Under the pieces are notes generated by a model. The model was given only the letters and a program-made list of their open reading frames with translations. It had not been told where the DNA came from and ran no database searches. A program made the position numbers and the translations under genes. Source: a virus. From it: DNA of 61,674 nt. Numbering within the stretch: the first letter of the stretch is position 1; each line of letters opens with the position of its first letter. This document shows positions 60,096 through 61,674 of the stretch, piece after piece. The stretch lies in IMG/VR virus record IMGVR_UViG_3300028549_000477; one strand, written 5' to 3'.

Positions 60096-60764
60096 ATGGA
60101 CCTCACGACCGTGGAGAGAGTCTACAAGTTCGATAGCGCCCTTCCTGACACGAAGGACCGTGAAGTCATCCAAATGATTATCACCGGACTGTCGGCCCGC
60201 GTAGAGTCCTACCTCGGTCGGTTCATCAAGTTCCGCGACTACACCGAAGTCTTCGATGTGGCCCAGTTCTCGGAGAACCTCTTCTTGGTGAAGGGGTTCC
60301 CGATGAACTTGGCCGATCCGATTTTCCTTGCCCGTACCGCCACTGCCTACGATGTTTCAATCGGGCTGGCGGCTGCCGTGGGGGACCCCCTCGCTGACAC
60401 CCCCAACGGGTTCTATTTCAGAAATGCCGGGACTGACATCCCAATCGACGAGCTAAACATCAACGCCCCCCAGGGCGCCATCGCTCCTACGGTTGGGGCG
60501 CTGCGCGAGGGCGGGCTTGGCCAAGTGGAAATCCGCTATTGGGGCGGCATGGCCAAGGACACTGCCGAGTTCATCTCCAAGTACCCCGACCTTGAGTATG
60601 GGTTCCTGCTGCAAGTCATCTTCGACTACAAGCGGAAGAAGAACCTCTCGATGGTGAGCGTGGGTGCCGGTGGTAACTCCGCTGAGACCTACATCCCATT
60701 CCAGTTGCGTGATGAGTTCAAGCGTCAGCTGCGCACCTACCGCCGCGCCGGATATGTGAACTAG
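60096..60764 (+). CDS. Head-tail connector (gp6-like) protein
   Basis: The N-terminal TTVERVYKFDSALPDTKDREVIQMIITGLSARVESYLGRFI resembles the gp6-type connector family. Confidence 0.55.
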   Translation: MDLTTVERVYKFDSALPDTKDREVIQMIITGLSARVESYLGRFIKFRDYTEVFDVAQFSENLFLVKGFPMNLADPIFLARTATAYDVSIGLAAAVGDPLADTPNGFYFRNAGTDIPIDELNINAPQGAIAPTVGALREGGLGQVEIRYWGGMAKDTAEFISKYPDLEYGFLLQVIFDYKRKKNLSMVSVGAGGNSAETYIPFQLRDEFKRQLRTYRRAGYVN

Positions 60765-60772
60765 GAGACCCT

Positions 60773-61399
60773 ATGCCCCGCCCCGCCATCCGGTCCCACT
60801 TCCAAAAGGAAAACCCAGAGGTGGCCGACCTTCACGGGGCCATCCGGAAGAAGGCTCTTGGCTTCCTCAAAGCCAAGGGAGATGAACTGGTCCTAGATGT
60901 AATCTGGACCTACTTCTCTGGGAGAAAGGGCAAGATCGGTTTGGACCCCGGAAGCGGTAAGAGCCGCAACTCGTGGAAGTCCAAGGTCCGTCAAATCAGT
61001 AGCGGAGCGGGCGATGCCGGTGAACTCAACATCACCTCGGTGTTGCCCGCCGACTTCCAAGTCAAGCGCACCATCAAGCCTACCGGCGGCCGCAAGTATC
61101 TGGCCATTCCCCTCGCTCCCGTGTTGAAGCCTGATGGGTCGAGAAAGTTCGAAGGCCCTCGCAGCACCCGGGTCCCGAAAAACATCATGGTCTACAAGAC
61201 CAAGGGTGGGACCTTGTTCTTGGCCCCGGTGAAGGTGATGGGCAAGATGCGCAAGATGATTGGGGACCCGTGGTGGATATTGAAGAAGCAGGTCACTATC
61301 CCTGCATACACCAAGGGGCTCGATAGCTATATTCTGAAGAGAATGAACCAGATCGGCAGAGAGCTCTCTACATTCGTTGCGAAGGAGATGGGTAAGTGA
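60773..61399 (+). CDS. Hypothetical head-tail joining region protein
   Basis: RBS AGGAG. 208 aa. The call is positional only. Confidence 0.5.
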   Translation: MPRPAIRSHFQKENPEVADLHGAIRKKALGFLKAKGDELVLDVIWTYFSGRKGKIGLDPGSGKSRNSWKSKVRQISSGAGDAGELNITSVLPADFQVKRTIKPTGGRKYLAIPLAPVLKPDGSRKFEGPRSTRVPKNIMVYKTKGGTLFLAPVKVMGKMRKMIGDPWWILKKQVTIPAYTKGLDSYILKRMNQIGRELSTFVAKEMGK

Positions 61400-61674
61400 A
61401 CATTGACATTCCTCCCGTCACGATCAGAAATCGCATCCTAGAGGCTATCACGAACCGCCTCAAGAATGTGGTGGACAACTCCTATATCCGCTTCGATGAG
61501 ACCAATGAGCTGCTATGCCGGGATGAAGTTCGCGTAACCGGCACCTACCCCACCACTGCTGAGCCCCGGTGCTTCCATTTCAAGGTCATAGGGGCTGCCC
61601 GGCTGAAGATGTGGGAGACCATCAAGGACGACGAAGTGATCGTCCCTGCCTCGGAGCTGGAGTTCGATGTGGTC
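61396..61674 (+). CDS. 5' part of the wrapped gene that continues at nt 1-735 (3' truncated by the window end)
   Basis: The GTG overlaps the upstream stop (GTGA), with AAGGAG upstream. From 61420 onward the sequence is identical to nt 1-255. Confidence 0.6.
   Translation, partial: MNIDIPPVTIRNRILEAITNRLKNVVDNSYIRFDETNELLCRDEVRVTGTYPTTAEPRCFHFKVIGAARLKMWETIKDDEVIVPASELEFDVV
61420..61674. repeat. Terminal overlap, copy 2
   Basis: Identical to nt 1-255. Confidence 0.9.

Overview
The window is a complete genome of a tailed dsDNA phage with siphovirus-like gene order. The first 255 nt recur exactly at the window end, so the unit length is 61,419 bp and one gene wraps the junction. Every credible CDS is on the + strand; the long minus-strand ORFs look like antisense shadows of GC-rich genes.

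Layout:
- 49.8-55.2 kb: XRE-type regulator, Lar-like protein, divergent ThyX-like protein, ParB-methyltransferase fusion, and putative small and large terminase.
- 55.3 kb through the junction to 22.6 kb: portal-MuF fusion, HK97-type protease and capsid, connector genes, major tail protein, G/GT chaperones with a -1 frameshift site, a 1478-aa tape measure, three very large tail-tip/fibre proteins, and an M15 endolysin.
- 22.8-48.5 kb: early and replication genes split into seven short operons. Each has a TTGnnn-N17-TATATT-type promoter (one has TAGATT), and most are preceded by a G5/C5-stem terminator. They encode an SNF2 helicase, RuvC, a PD-(D/E)XK nuclease, a Sak4-like ATPase, family A DNA polymerase, primase-helicase, a CobS/MoxR-like AAA+ ATPase with a partner protein, a SpoVG fusion, and many small Cys-rich proteins.

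No integrase, repressor-integrase module, RNA polymerase, canonical tRNA, CRISPR array or reverse transcriptase was found.

The most unusual content is non-coding:
- a 520-bp extremely G-rich island full of G-quadruplex motifs (47.04-47.56 kb);
- a roughly 1-kb ORF-poor region dense with repeats (48.8-49.76 kb);
- a lone self-contained gene between these two regions;
- several sequence motifs that recur only in intergenic DNA.

All functional calls rest on motifs read by eye from the supplied translations and on gene order. No database search was run.
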